Positions 7,490 to 17,536 of a stretch of DNA of 64,000 nucleotides are shown here, one piece after another. The DNA is taken from positions 1 through 64,000 of the IMG/VR virus record IMGVR_UViG_3300033070_001154. One strand, written 5' to 3'. How positions within the stretch are numbered: the stretch's first letter is position 1; every line of letters starts with the position of its first letter. The notes below the pieces were generated by a model that saw only the letters and a list, made by a program, of their open reading frames with translations, made no database searches and was not told the DNA's origin. The position numbers were made by a program, and so were the translations under genes. This stretch comes from a virus. Taxonomy: Duplodnaviria > Caudoviricetes.

Positions 7490-9526
7490 ATGTCAGGTGC
7501 AGGTTTCATCCGTCGCTACTCCTACTTCCCCGGTACCGAGGAGCTCACGGCCATCGAGGGCGTGGTCATCGTCGACCAGAAGGTCCCGGGCGGGATCGAC
7601 GGGGCCAGCTACGGCGTGGTCGCGGCGGTGGGCGAGTGTGCGGACATGAGTCTGACCTGCGTGGTGAACTCCTCGGGGCAGGTGGTGAGCTCGTACCGCC
7701 CTGCGGAGGTGTACGGCGGCTCGGATCTGGTCAACCGGATCGGCCCCATCGACAGCAAGCTGGGGAAGTTCGGGGCGGAGATGGGCAACCTCTTCGCCGA
7801 GCTCCGCAACAAGGCCTTCTCCCGGCTGGTGGTCCAGCCTGTGGACCTGATTCGTCCGGCCTCGGGCACGACCCAGTACGGTATCAGGGTCTGGCGTGAC
7901 CTTCCGACCAACCGCTCCGCGACGGACACCACCCCGATCATCCCGGTCTCGGGCTACAGCGTCCCCGCTGGCACCGAGTTCCGCTCCGGCTCCAACCGGG
8001 CATACCTCGCACAGAAGGTGAACTTCACCGGCCTCGCCCCGAAGTCCGTGGGCGTGGACGGGGCCACCATCTCGGCGGTCGGCGGGGTGACCCGCACCAT
8101 CACCCGCACCACGGGCAGCTTCGTGGCGGATGGAGTGGTGGTCGGGGATGCGGTGGTCGCTGGTAGCCTCACCTCGGCGGTGGGTACCCAGAACGGTGAC
8201 TGTGCCCTGGCGGGTACGCTCCGGGTGACTGCGGTCAATGCCAACGGGCTGGAGATCACGGTCGAGAAGCAGGACGGGACGGCCTTCACCGACACCACGG
8301 ACTGGCGAGTCGGAGCGGCCCTGGCCTTCCGTGTCCATGCGGGCTCGGATGCGGACTCGGGCGCGACGGGCGCTCTCTCAGCTCCTGGCCAGTTCACGGT
8401 GCTGGCTCGCCCGGGTGTGGGCACCATCGCGGCGGACACGGACCTCACCCCCTACCCGGTCCCCACGGACAGCTCGGCCACCTACTGGGCCGGCGACTCG
8501 GGTCTGGCGGGCATCACCCATCCGACCGGGCCCCTGACCTACGATGCGGCGGTCCATGCGGTGAACCCTGCCACCACGTCCCTGATCCGGTCGCGGTACC
8601 AGGAGGCCCTGGATGCCCTCAAGAACGACGACACCCCCACCAACGTCATCAGCGTGGTGGTCTGCGCTCGCAAGGACTCGACCATCCAGTCCTACCTCCG
8701 GCTTCACTGCCTGGACTGCTCGGCTCGCGGGCTGACCCGCGACTACGTCATCTCTCCGACCCTCACGACCCTCACCAAGTCCACGGTGCTGGGCTCGGCG
8801 GCTCCTGGTGTGGGCGGCTCGGGCGGTGCGGTGCGCCACGAGCGTGGCTTCTACTCCTGGCCTGGGAACCGGACCTTCATCCCCGAGCTGGTGGGCATCT
8901 CCATCGCCTGCGCCGATGGGACGACCACGGACGACGGGATCGTGGACGTGACCACGGACACCTGGCTCGCGGCCCTGCTCTCCAAGCTCCAGCCGGAGCT
9001 CAACCCTGGGCAGGCTGCGGAGCCTGTCCCGACCGTTCTGGCCCCGATCATCGGCTACCAGCGTGGGTGCCCGACGCTGGACATGAACGACTACATCCTG
9101 TTCAAGCAGGCGGGCATCTGCGCGCTCCGCATGGACCGGGTGGTCGGTCCGATCTTCCAGTCGGGGATCACCACCTCGCTCACCACGGGCGAGACCAACA
9201 TCAACCGTCGCCGGATGGCGGACTTCATCCAGGACAGCCTGGCGGCCCGCTACAACCAGATGGCCAAGATGCTGGGCCGGCAGTCCATCAAGGACGCGCT
9301 GCTCTCCGAGTCGGATGCCTTCCTGGCGGACCTGCTCTCGGAGAACAACCCCGACGCCCAGCGGATCGACAGCTACCTGCTGGACGACAAGAGCGGCAAC
9401 ACCCCGGCCCTGGGCGCCCAGGGCGTCTGGATCATCCGGCACAAGGTCTTCATGCTCCAGACCCTGGACGTGATCGTGGCCCAGAGCGAGATCGGCCCCG
9501 GCGGCATCACCGTCACCGCCTCCTGA
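7490..9526 (+). CDS. Contractile tail sheath protein
   Basis: 678 aa, very high GC3. C-terminal FQSGITT...NINRRRMADFIQDSL...SYLLDD..NT pattern typical of sheath proteins; followed by a tube-sized ORF. Confidence 0.85.
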   Translation: MSGAGFIRRYSYFPGTEELTAIEGVVIVDQKVPGGIDGASYGVVAAVGECADMSLTCVVNSSGQVVSSYRPAEVYGGSDLVNRIGPIDSKLGKFGAEMGNLFAELRNKAFSRLVVQPVDLIRPASGTTQYGIRVWRDLPTNRSATDTTPIIPVSGYSVPAGTEFRSGSNRAYLAQKVNFTGLAPKSVGVDGATISAVGGVTRTITRTTGSFVADGVVVGDAVVAGSLTSAVGTQNGDCALAGTLRVTAVNANGLEITVEKQDGTAFTDTTDWRVGAALAFRVHAGSDADSGATGALSAPGQFTVLARPGVGTIAADTDLTPYPVPTDSSATYWAGDSGLAGITHPTGPLTYDAAVHAVNPATTSLIRSRYQEALDALKNDDTPTNVISVVVCARKDSTIQSYLRLHCLDCSARGLTRDYVISPTLTTLTKSTVLGSAAPGVGGSGGAVRHERGFYSWPGNRTFIPELVGISIACADGTTTDDGIVDVTTDTWLAALLSKLQPELNPGQAAEPVPTVLAPIIGYQRGCPTLDMNDYILFKQAGICALRMDRVVGPIFQSGITTSLTTGETNINRRRMADFIQDSLAARYNQMAKMLGRQSIKDALLSESDAFLADLLSENNPDAQRIDSYLLDDKSGNTPALGAQGVWIIRHKVFMLQTLDVIVAQSEIGPGGITVTAS

Positions 9527-9550
9527 TCGAAGAAGGAAGGAACCAAGTAG

Positions 9551-9988
9551 ATGCCCAGCCAGCGCCTGATCGGCCAGAACGTCTCGATCTTCATCATCCA
9601 GGACTCCGCCCCCCTGACGGAGGTGACCTGCATCAAGAGCTTCAGCTTCACCTACGAGACGGAGATCAAGTCCGAGGGCTACCTCGGAGAGTTCACCGAG
9701 CGGAAGGACTCCGTCTTCAAGGGCGTGAAGATGGACATGGAGATCCACACCAACAACCACAGCATCTTCAAGCTGATCAAGTCGGCTGTGGACAAGGCCA
9801 AGCGCCGCACGCCTGGCATCCGGATCAACATCAAGGCCACCATGACGTGGCCCAACGGGGACGTGGCACGGGTGACCTTCCCGGACGTCGAGTTCGGCGC
9901 CTTCCCCGTATCGGTCGGCGGGCGAGCGGAGTATGTCTCCGTCAAGGTCGACGGCGCCTGTTCGGACGCTTCAGCCGTCCTGTCCTGA
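9551..9988 (+). CDS. Tail tube protein
   Basis: 145 aa, beta-rich, after the sheath, with AAGGAAGG RBS. Confidence 0.75.
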   Translation: MPSQRLIGQNVSIFIIQDSAPLTEVTCIKSFSFTYETEIKSEGYLGEFTERKDSVFKGVKMDMEIHTNNHSIFKLIKSAVDKAKRRTPGIRINIKATMTWPNGDVARVTFPDVEFGAFPVSVGGRAEYVSVKVDGACSDASAVLS

Positions 9989-10014
9989 ACAACTGAGAGA
10001 GGGAGATCTAGATC

Positions 10015-10401
10015 ATGAGCGAGAGTCTTCAGCCCAAGAGCTACCGTGGCAACATCGAGATGGAGTTCACCTTCCCCAAGGGGCTCCAGGAGGACACGGG
10101 CATCCTGTCCATCACCATCCGGGAGCTGCCGGCCTCTTCCGAGAGCCGCGCGCTCTCTCGTGCTGGCAACGACGGCGGGGTGCTGATGCAGGAGCTGGTG
10201 AAGGAGGGCCTCGTCCGCGCCACCCTGGTGGAGGATGGCACCATCGAGATCAGCACCGCTGACGACTCGGTCGACCGGGTGATGAACCAGCTGGGCCCCA
10301 AGGGCCGTGCCCTGGCCCTCCAGGCCTACGGACACGTCAACCAGCCCTCGAAGGACGACTCCTCCAGTTTTCTCAAGTCCGCGAGCGTGAAGGTCCGGTA
10401 G
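10015..10401 (+). CDS. Tail assembly chaperone (G-like)
   Basis: 128 aa between tube and tape measure. Confidence 0.7.
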   Translation: MSESLQPKSYRGNIEMEFTFPKGLQEDTGILSITIRELPASSESRALSRAGNDGGVLMQELVKEGLVRATLVEDGTIEISTADDSVDRVMNQLGPKGRALALQAYGHVNQPSKDDSSSFLKSASVKVR

Positions 10402-10604
10402 CCTCGTTCGCGGCGGGGCTCTTCGCAGGCCGGACCGTCGGTGTAGCCGCGTACAAGGAGGCACTCTTTCAGCGTATTGCGGTCCTCTGTCGGTATGGAC
10501 ATGTCCCCATCAACGAGGCGATGTGCATGCCCAGAGGAGATGCCGAGGCGCTGTCCAAGGCACTGGCTGAACTGATCACCGCAGAGAACCGATCGGAGCC
10601 TTGA
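10368..10604 (+). CDS. Tail assembly chaperone extension (GT-like), probable -1 programmed frameshift
   Basis: The -1 frame stays open across the 10401 stop to TGA 10602-10604 (...YKEALFQRIAVLCRYGHVPINEAMCMPRGDAEALSKALAELITAENRSEP). No early ATG of its own. TTTT run at 10368-10371. Confidence 0.6.
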   Translation, partial: FSQVREREGPVASFAAGLFAGRTVGVAAYKEALFQRIAVLCRYGHVPINEAMCMPRGDAEALSKALAELITAENRSEP

Positions 10605-10607
10605 AGG

Positions 10608-12641
10608 ATGTTCGAGCTCGCACAGGAACTGGCCTACTACGCATCCTTCGTCGATAACGGAGCCACCTCCGGGATCGTCGGGCTGGGCCAGAAGCTCTGG
10701 TCGGTCTCGAATATCGCCAACGCTGCACAGGCTTCCCTCTCCGCCATCGTGGCCCCGCTCAACCAGATCGGGACCATGTGGTCGGAGAGGGAGCAGCAGA
10801 TCAACAACGTCTCCCGTACCCTCAGGCAGTACGAGTACGTCGGGCAGTCCGTCTCCGCCATCAATGCGGAGATTGCACGTTCCATGCCCGGAGCCGATGC
10901 AGCCCAGAGGGCCACGGCCTTCACCGGGGTCTACAATCGCCAGTTCCAGGAGGCTCGTAACCTCTCCCGCGGAGTGATGCGGGAGATGAACCAGATGGCC
11001 GCTATCCTCCCTGGCGAGACCAACGACTACATGCAGGCATTCTCGCAGAGCCTGCCATTCCTGTCACAGGCCAGGGGCATGACGCTCCAGCGGGCCGTCC
11101 GGCTCTCCAGCTACACCGCTGCGGGCGGTATCGCTGGAGGTGTGGACGCCGGACAGACCGCACGGGACATGATGCAGTTCCTGACCAACGGTCCGCACAT
11201 GGTGGACCGCTCGTGGACGGAGGTCTGGTCACAGGTAGCCACCTTCCGCGGGAAGAAGGTCACAGCAGGGCAGATCAGGGCCATGACCCTGGATAAGAAG
11301 GTGGAGGTGATGGAGAACATCGCCAACGCCCTCCGACCTCAGATGGACGCCATGGGCGACTCCTACGAGGCCACCATGGGGACGTTCCGGTCCCTCAAGC
11401 ACGAGATCTCACTGGCCGGCTCCGAGCCCCTCTTCGAGGCCTGGAAGCGGACCATGTCCGCTGTGAACATCCAGCTGGCCACCTTCGCCCCCAGAATCGG
11501 GGCGGTACTGTCCATCATCTCCACCAAGTTCGCAGGTGGTCTGGACTGGGTCACCACCAAGATCCAGGGGCTGGGAGCTGCATCCGCCCGAGCCGAGAAC
11601 TGGCTGGTGCGCCACGCCTCCAGGATCGGGAACATGGCCAACACCGCTGCCGGGTTCGGACATGCAGCTGTCCACGGAGTCGGGGCAGGGTACGCCCATA
11701 TGTGGGGCTACGTTGGCCGTGTCATGGGCCAGCACCAGATCGGAGGGACAGAGGTACTACGGAACGCGCTACCGACCCTGATCCTGCGAATGCTTGGTGT
11801 GAGCTTTGGCCCCATCGGGTTCATCATCACTAGCCTGATCACCAGGATGTTCCTGGGGGGCCAGGCGGGCGGGACCATTGTCGCGCTGATGACGGCTGTC
11901 TATGCCGTGATCGGTCCGCTGTTCCGCCTGGGGCTGACGCTCTACCGGGCCTACGACGCTGTCATGAACACCCTGGTGGTGCTGCTGGGGGCCGTGCTCC
12001 CGCCAACCATCACCGTGCTTGCTCTGGTGCTGGGGCTGCTGACGGAGGGACTCTCCGAGCTCGTCTTCATCGGAGTCAACCTTCTGATGGGGGCCCTGTC
12101 GATCCTGGCCCTCACGTTTGGCGCCACGGCGATCCTGGCCGTGACGGGCATCGACTTCTTCGTCCAGGCATTCCTCGGGATCGTCCGACTTCTGGGTGGA
12201 GTGTTCGGCAACGTCGCAGGCGAGTCCTTCGATGTCATCGACGCCTTCCGACAGATCGGGGACTTCCTCCACGAGCTCACCAGGACCCTTGGTGAGGACT
12301 CCAACTACCTGCTCCACGAGCTCGGGCTGCGCTCCGATGAGGAGTACGCGGCACAGCAGCTGTCCCTCGCATCCTCTACCAGGAGCGCCGGACACTGGCT
12401 GGACGAGTTCCGTGCATCCCTGCAACAGGCTCAGACGGACCTGAATCGTCACGGGCGGAGGGATCGGCCCACGGTCCCGCATACCCACAACGACTTCCGG
12501 TTCAGTCGCTTCGACATCACCCAGAAGTTCGCTGAGGGCTTCGATCCCGACCGGGTGGCCACTGCCTTCGTCACGGACCTTCAGGCCATGGCGGAGACCC
12601 AGCTCTCCTCCGGGTTCCAGCCGGGCTTCAGTTCCACCTGA
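10608..12641 (+). CDS. Tape measure protein
   Basis: 677 aa, helical A/G/L-rich, with a long hydrophobic central stretch; follows the chaperones. Confidence 0.85.
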   Translation: MFELAQELAYYASFVDNGATSGIVGLGQKLWSVSNIANAAQASLSAIVAPLNQIGTMWSEREQQINNVSRTLRQYEYVGQSVSAINAEIARSMPGADAAQRATAFTGVYNRQFQEARNLSRGVMREMNQMAAILPGETNDYMQAFSQSLPFLSQARGMTLQRAVRLSSYTAAGGIAGGVDAGQTARDMMQFLTNGPHMVDRSWTEVWSQVATFRGKKVTAGQIRAMTLDKKVEVMENIANALRPQMDAMGDSYEATMGTFRSLKHEISLAGSEPLFEAWKRTMSAVNIQLATFAPRIGAVLSIISTKFAGGLDWVTTKIQGLGAASARAENWLVRHASRIGNMANTAAGFGHAAVHGVGAGYAHMWGYVGRVMGQHQIGGTEVLRNALPTLILRMLGVSFGPIGFIITSLITRMFLGGQAGGTIVALMTAVYAVIGPLFRLGLTLYRAYDAVMNTLVVLLGAVLPPTITVLALVLGLLTEGLSELVFIGVNLLMGALSILALTFGATAILAVTGIDFFVQAFLGIVRLLGGVFGNVAGESFDVIDAFRQIGDFLHELTRTLGEDSNYLLHELGLRSDEEYAAQQLSLASSTRSAGHWLDEFRASLQQAQTDLNRHGRRDRPTVPHTHNDFRFSRFDITQKFAEGFDPDRVATAFVTDLQAMAETQLSSGFQPGFSST

Positions 12642-12661
12642 CCTCGGGGTAGTCTCTCCCC

Positions 12662-13906
12662 GTGTCAGCCCCCATCCCGGAAGTACCAGCCCTAGTCATC
12701 CGGGAAACCACCGGACAGCGAAGGACCATCGCCCTCACCTCCCGAGGCCTGCCTCTCGGCCCCCTGGAGCTCGAAGGAGAGCAGAGGGTCAAGATCGTCA
12801 ACCCCGCTGGCAACCCCGAGGGCTGGGGCAACGTCATGGGTCCCAAGGAAGGAGAGACCTCCATCTCCGGCTTCTGGAAGGACAAGTTCATCGGGGATAC
12901 CTCCCGAGGTGGCAAGGCCTGCATCGAGGTGGAAGGCCCCTACGCCGCTAGAGCCGCCACCCTACACAGCACCAACTACAGCAACGAGGGCGGACGAGGC
13001 GGTACCCAGGTCACCTCCTGTGTGGATGCCACCAACCTCTTCGACTCCGTCCGCAGGGAGGGACAGCTCCTGGAAGTCACCTGGGGCTACATCATCCGCA
13101 GGGGCTACCTGACGAAGTTCAACCAGAAGTGGCACAACATCCACGACTGCGAGTGGACTGCCAGGTTCCAGTGGGTCTCCCAGGCCAGAGCCAATGCCTC
13201 CCCCCTCTACGGCCCGCCGGCTGGGCAGCTGGAAGGCGGTAACGCTCTCCGGGAGCTGCTGCGAAGGTTCACCCGTATCCTGGATACGCCTGGACAGCTG
13301 GTGAACTCCGGGATGGAGGAGTTCCGCAACACGGTCAACCGTCTCAACGACTTCTCCCGCTCCGTGGACGAGTCCGTAAGCGGCTTCTCCTCGTCCCTCG
13401 CCATCGGAGACGCAGGACAGACCGTGCAGAGCCTCTTCGGCTCTGCTGCTGCTGCTGCCGCACACGTCAAGGACGTGGCGGAGTCCAACGGCTGGCCCCT
13501 GCTCTTCTCCGATCCCCAGAGACTGTTGCCCTTCACCTCCCACATGGGGCCGCCCACGGACGAGGCTGGGGCAGATGCAGCGGCTCTTGCTGCTCTGGAG
13601 GCCATCGACCCCGAGAAGATCTTGCAGATGCAGATCTACGTCAGGGAGACCATCACCGATGCCCAGAGGCTGAGGGACGAAGCGATCATCCGACAGAGGG
13701 CCCTGACCGACGGGCCCTCCCTGGTGATCGGTACCTACCGGGCGCGTGAAGGCGAGGACCTGAGGGACGTGTCCCTGCGGTACTACGGTACGCCATACCA
13801 GTGGCAGGCGCTGCTGACCTACAACGGGCTGACGGATACCGAGCTCTACGCGGGACAGCTGGTGGCCATCCCCAATCTGGGAATCTCTCCCGAGGAAGGC
13901 GGCTGA
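12662..13906 (+). CDS. Tail tube initiator / baseplate protein with C-terminal LysM (P2 gpX-like) domain
   Basis: C-terminal YRAREGEDLRDVSLRYYGTPYQWQALLTYNGL...LYAGQLVAIP is LysM-like. GTG start. Confidence 0.75.
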   Translation: MSAPIPEVPALVIRETTGQRRTIALTSRGLPLGPLELEGEQRVKIVNPAGNPEGWGNVMGPKEGETSISGFWKDKFIGDTSRGGKACIEVEGPYAARAATLHSTNYSNEGGRGGTQVTSCVDATNLFDSVRREGQLLEVTWGYIIRRGYLTKFNQKWHNIHDCEWTARFQWVSQARANASPLYGPPAGQLEGGNALRELLRRFTRILDTPGQLVNSGMEEFRNTVNRLNDFSRSVDESVSGFSSSLAIGDAGQTVQSLFGSAAAAAAHVKDVAESNGWPLLFSDPQRLLPFTSHMGPPTDEAGADAAALAALEAIDPEKILQMQIYVRETITDAQRLRDEAIIRQRALTDGPSLVIGTYRAREGEDLRDVSLRYYGTPYQWQALLTYNGLTDTELYAGQLVAIPNLGISPEEGG

Positions 13907-13909
13907 ACC

Positions 13910-15901
13910 ATGCCCATCCAGGACTCAGTCACCAGCTACCCCAGCGTGGTAGTGCATCTCATTCTCAAGTTCGAGGAGAAGCTCACCGTCCGGGTCAACG
14001 AGGGCGGGGACAACTTCGTCAACGAGCCCCTGGTCACCAACCCCGGCTCGGTCGGAGCGCAGGTGATGAACCGGGTGCCCCAGAAGTGTACCGTGGACTT
14101 CCAGGGACACACCCAGGCAGCAACCTTCAAGCTGGCTTTCGACTACCGAGAACTGCCCATCGACCCCAGGACCGTCTCAGCTGCTCGTATCGAGATCTAC
14201 GCTGGTACCGTGTCAGCAGAGAACTTCGCGGATGGGATGAACAGGGAGGTCACCCCGGGTGTGCGCCGCTCCATCCTGGCCACCCGTACCCCCGAGGGTC
14301 GGACCATCGACAAGGACCTGCGACTGGTGGGCCTGGTCGACAAGTGGACCGTGGACATGGGGGAAGAGGGCTCCGAGGTCCAGATGGAAGGCCGGGACCT
14401 TCGGGGGCTGCTGCTGGACTCCCCCCTGGTCACCCCCCGGGACATGCCCCGTCGAGGGGGCACTCCTCCGCGAGCTGCTCCAGCAGGCCGACAGCCCAGG
14501 AAGAAGAGGTCCAGCATCCTGGACCGGCTGGACTGTAGCCAGAACATCGCCGCCCTGGTCCTCCAGATCCTGGAGGAGCACGACCAGATCCGCAGGCTAC
14601 CCTTCCCCATCGAGGTGAGCTGCCGGGCAGAGCAGTTTGATGATGGGATCATCCCCTCGCCTGGGAACGCTTCCCATGTGCCCCGCCATCGGAGAGGTGC
14701 GGGCGGTCGCGGAGCCAGCCCGGGTGGCGGTGCGGACAACATGAACTTCTGGGACCTGATCACCAGGTACTGCCAGATCGTGGGCTGTGTCCCGCGTTTC
14801 GTGGGCCGGAGACTGGTGATCAGCCCTGGAAAGGATCTGTTCCGTCAGCTGAACACCCAGCTCTCCGAGACGGCGTTCCTGGGCAACGCTGTACGGTCCA
14901 ACAACGAGGTCACGGACACCTGGGGCATCCGAAGACTGGTCTACGGTCGCGACATCAAGACCATGAAGATCACCCGCAACTACGCGGGACACGCCAAGCC
15001 CAAGGCCGTCCGGGTCGTCACCTTCAACCGCTCCGCCATTACCCGTGGGCGCCATGAAGAGCGGCACATGGAGGCCGTCTGGCCCCCGAGGAACGTCCGT
15101 GAAGGTCGGGCCGAAGGTCTCTCGACCGGACATGGCCGGGACATCCGAGACTCGCTCGGCGGCCAGGAGTCACAGGAGGTGCTGACGATCGTGGAGCCGC
15201 GCGCCACCACCATGGCCCAGCTGGTCTCCGTCGCACAGTCCATGTACGAGCAGATCGGACGAGGAGAGATCAAGGGCGATATCGAGGCGGCAGGCCTCAC
15301 CTCCTTCGGCGGCAGCAACGCTGATCCCGACCTGATCAGGCTCCGGGTGGGCGACCCCGTGGAGGTGCTGGTGGATGCTTCGCACCTAGATAGTCGATCG
15401 CCCATCGTCTCGACCCTCAACAGGACGATGCAGCTGCCCTTCTCTGAGGCAGTAGCGGAGGTGCGACGGTACCTCCGGGATGAGAACCTCTCCAGGGCCA
15501 TCGTGGCCTCAGCCAGGGGGAACGTCATGGGGGTGCTCAGATACTTCAGGGTGTCGGGCGTAACCCTGGACTTCAGTGGGGATACCATGACGGTGAAGAT
15601 GGAGATCCAGAACTACTGGACGCCCCGCTGGGACTACGTCACCAACGTGGAGCAGCAGCACAACCGCCAGGTACGAAGCCATGCTGATGCCAGGCCCAGG
15701 ACGGAGGAGGGTATCGCAGACCCAAGAGCAGCTCGTGTTGCGATCGAGCGCAGGCTCGACGACGCTGAGGCCGAGAACCGTAGCATCGGTGAGGCTCTCC
15801 AACGGTACGGTACACCTGCTCCGCGAACTGCTGGCGAGCACGGGAGCTTCTCCGACTTCGTCGAGTCCGGAGCTGCATCACGCTGGAGGAACACCCGATG
15901 A
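13910..15901 (+). CDS. Baseplate hub protein (gp27 / P2 gpD-like)
   Basis: 663 aa with VQMEGRDLRGLLLD and WDLITRYCQIVG patterns; lies between the LysM and spike genes. Confidence 0.7.
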   Translation: MPIQDSVTSYPSVVVHLILKFEEKLTVRVNEGGDNFVNEPLVTNPGSVGAQVMNRVPQKCTVDFQGHTQAATFKLAFDYRELPIDPRTVSAARIEIYAGTVSAENFADGMNREVTPGVRRSILATRTPEGRTIDKDLRLVGLVDKWTVDMGEEGSEVQMEGRDLRGLLLDSPLVTPRDMPRRGGTPPRAAPAGRQPRKKRSSILDRLDCSQNIAALVLQILEEHDQIRRLPFPIEVSCRAEQFDDGIIPSPGNASHVPRHRRGAGGRGASPGGGADNMNFWDLITRYCQIVGCVPRFVGRRLVISPGKDLFRQLNTQLSETAFLGNAVRSNNEVTDTWGIRRLVYGRDIKTMKITRNYAGHAKPKAVRVVTFNRSAITRGRHEERHMEAVWPPRNVREGRAEGLSTGHGRDIRDSLGGQESQEVLTIVEPRATTMAQLVSVAQSMYEQIGRGEIKGDIEAAGLTSFGGSNADPDLIRLRVGDPVEVLVDASHLDSRSPIVSTLNRTMQLPFSEAVAEVRRYLRDENLSRAIVASARGNVMGVLRYFRVSGVTLDFSGDTMTVKMEIQNYWTPRWDYVTNVEQQHNRQVRSHADARPRTEEGIADPRAARVAIERRLDDAEAENRSIGEALQRYGTPAPRTAGEHGSFSDFVESGAASRWRNTR

Positions 15902-16524
15902 GCGGACGAGGTCTTACAGGCGGGCGGATGGCGGAGCTCCTCCGCCGGCCCAACATGGACACCCGCTTCCACCTCAAGCTGGCCGTGGTGGAGCGGGTCG
16001 TGGTCGACCCCCAGGAGGGCATCTTCGCAGACGTTACCCTCATCCCCAACGAGGAGCCTGAGACGGTCTTCGTGGGCGCCCCCTACGCCGGAGGCGGCTT
16101 CGGGTTCTACTTCCCACTGGAGGAGGGAGACACGGTGCTGATCGGCATCCCCGATGGCAACTGCGACATGGGGCCCATTCTCATCTCCAGGATGTGGGAT
16201 GCAGGCGACCGACCCTTTGCAGAGATGAAAGGTGTCCCCTCGGACGAGCCAGAGCAGTTCGAGCCGTCCCCGGATGTGATCCTCCGGGCCAAGCCCGGAG
16301 CCAACACCAGGATCATCGTCTCCGCAGGTGCCAACGTCTCCATCACCGTGGAGGGTGCCGGAAGTGTGAACCTCCAAGTAGATGGGGGCAGCGTCCACCT
16401 GGGGATGAGCGAGCACACGGCGTTGCAGGGAGTGGTACAAGGGGAGGCCTACGACCCTTTCACGGGCCAGACGCAGACCGCTCTGGGCAACGCATCCTCC
16501 AAGGTCTTCGCAAGGAAGAGCTGA
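15898..16524 (+). CDS. Baseplate central spike (gpV/gp5 OB-fold)
   Basis: YAGGGFGFYFPLEEGDTVLIGIPDGN OB-fold signature, followed by a beta-helix-like C-terminus. Confidence 0.8.
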   Translation: MSGRGLTGGRMAELLRRPNMDTRFHLKLAVVERVVVDPQEGIFADVTLIPNEEPETVFVGAPYAGGGFGFYFPLEEGDTVLIGIPDGNCDMGPILISRMWDAGDRPFAEMKGVPSDEPEQFEPSPDVILRAKPGANTRIIVSAGANVSITVEGAGSVNLQVDGGSVHLGMSEHTALQGVVQGEAYDPFTGQTQTALGNASSKVFARKS

Positions 16525-16527
16525 CGT

Positions 16528-16761
16528 ATGATGAACGGTGACATCCTCGGAGCAGCTCTGATGTCCGCAGTCAACGATGCGATTGCCCTGCATCCCCAGG
16601 CAGGGGACGCACAGAGGGCCGAGATCTGGAAGAAGATCGGCAACGCCATCGTGACCCATGTCCGACTGGCCTCCGTCACGGTCACGGTGGCATCTGTCTC
16701 AGGCGTCACGCCCGGGGTGGGAATCTCCGGACCTGGTACCGGAAGTGGAGCCATCACATGA
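16528..16761 (+). CDS. Small baseplate-associated protein
   Basis: 77 aa (AIGNAIVTHV..VTV..V.GV.PG...SGPGTG); small genes of this kind commonly follow the spike in myophages. Confidence 0.55.
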   Translation: MMNGDILGAALMSAVNDAIALHPQAGDAQRAEIWKKIGNAIVTHVRLASVTVTVASVSGVTPGVGISGPGTGSGAIT

Positions 16762-17528
16762 CCGAGCCTGGATGGGGCCTTGGATCCTGGGGCTACATGG
16801 ACTGGGGTACCAACCCCAACCTGTTCATGGAGTCCGCCGTTGCCCTCAACACCCACGCCGTGGTGGTGACCTTCTCCCGAGGGGCGCGCTGCGCCTCTGC
16901 GACTACCACCGGGGACGCCCTCAACCCTTTGACCTGGACGGCTTCACTGGTTACGACCGGGGCGGCGTACACCCCTGTCCTGGTGCAGAAGGTGACGGAT
17001 CGGAGGGTGGTCATCACCTTCCGGGAGCCTCTGGCCAGCTGGAACTACTACCACCGGATCGGATCCACGACCCTCCAGGCGGATACCAGGGTCCTGATCT
17101 CGGCTCCGTACTCCGTGGACTTTCGAGGGGTGCTCCCGACCACGGACATCAACGAGCCGACAGGGCCCTTCGACCTGTTCACCACGGACATCGTGGGCGG
17201 GTCGCTCAAGACCTCCGAGGCCGGAGGCTACGTCCGGGTCTACGGTGTGGACCTGCTGAGGAAGATGATCTTCCGGAGGCTCACCACCATGCCTGGTGGG
17301 TTCTTCCATATTCCTGAGGCGGAGTTCGGTCTGGATCTGAAGATCAAGGGAATCCTCAGAGTGAGTAGCCTGTCGGCTCTCCAGAGGAAGATCACGGACG
17401 AGATCCAGAGGGAGCCGGGGGTGGTACAGGCCAAGGTCGCCCTCGCCCTGCAATCCGGTGTACTGTCCATCGGAATCAAGGTCCAGACTGAGCTCGGCCC
17501 TGTCGAGACCACCATCACCGCGTCCTGA
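16758..17528 (+). CDS. Baseplate wedge gp25-like protein with N-terminal Ig-like domain
   Basis: C-terminal LRKMIFRRLTTMPG.FFH.PE..FGL...I..EIQREPGV is gp25-like. N-terminus GWGLGSWG followed by a beta domain. Confidence 0.7.
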   Translation: MTEPGWGLGSWGYMDWGTNPNLFMESAVALNTHAVVVTFSRGARCASATTTGDALNPLTWTASLVTTGAAYTPVLVQKVTDRRVVITFREPLASWNYYHRIGSTTLQADTRVLISAPYSVDFRGVLPTTDINEPTGPFDLFTTDIVGGSLKTSEAGGYVRVYGVDLLRKMIFRRLTTMPGGFFHIPEAEFGLDLKIKGILRVSSLSALQRKITDEIQREPGVVQAKVALALQSGVLSIGIKVQTELGPVETTITAS

Positions 17529-17536
17529 GGAGCCTC

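Noticed and set aside
12662-17528. Tail block as a bacterial T6SS/eCIS rather than a phage
   Set aside because: It is contiguous with capsid, scaffold, tape measure, lysis and a full replication arm, which indicates a phage.
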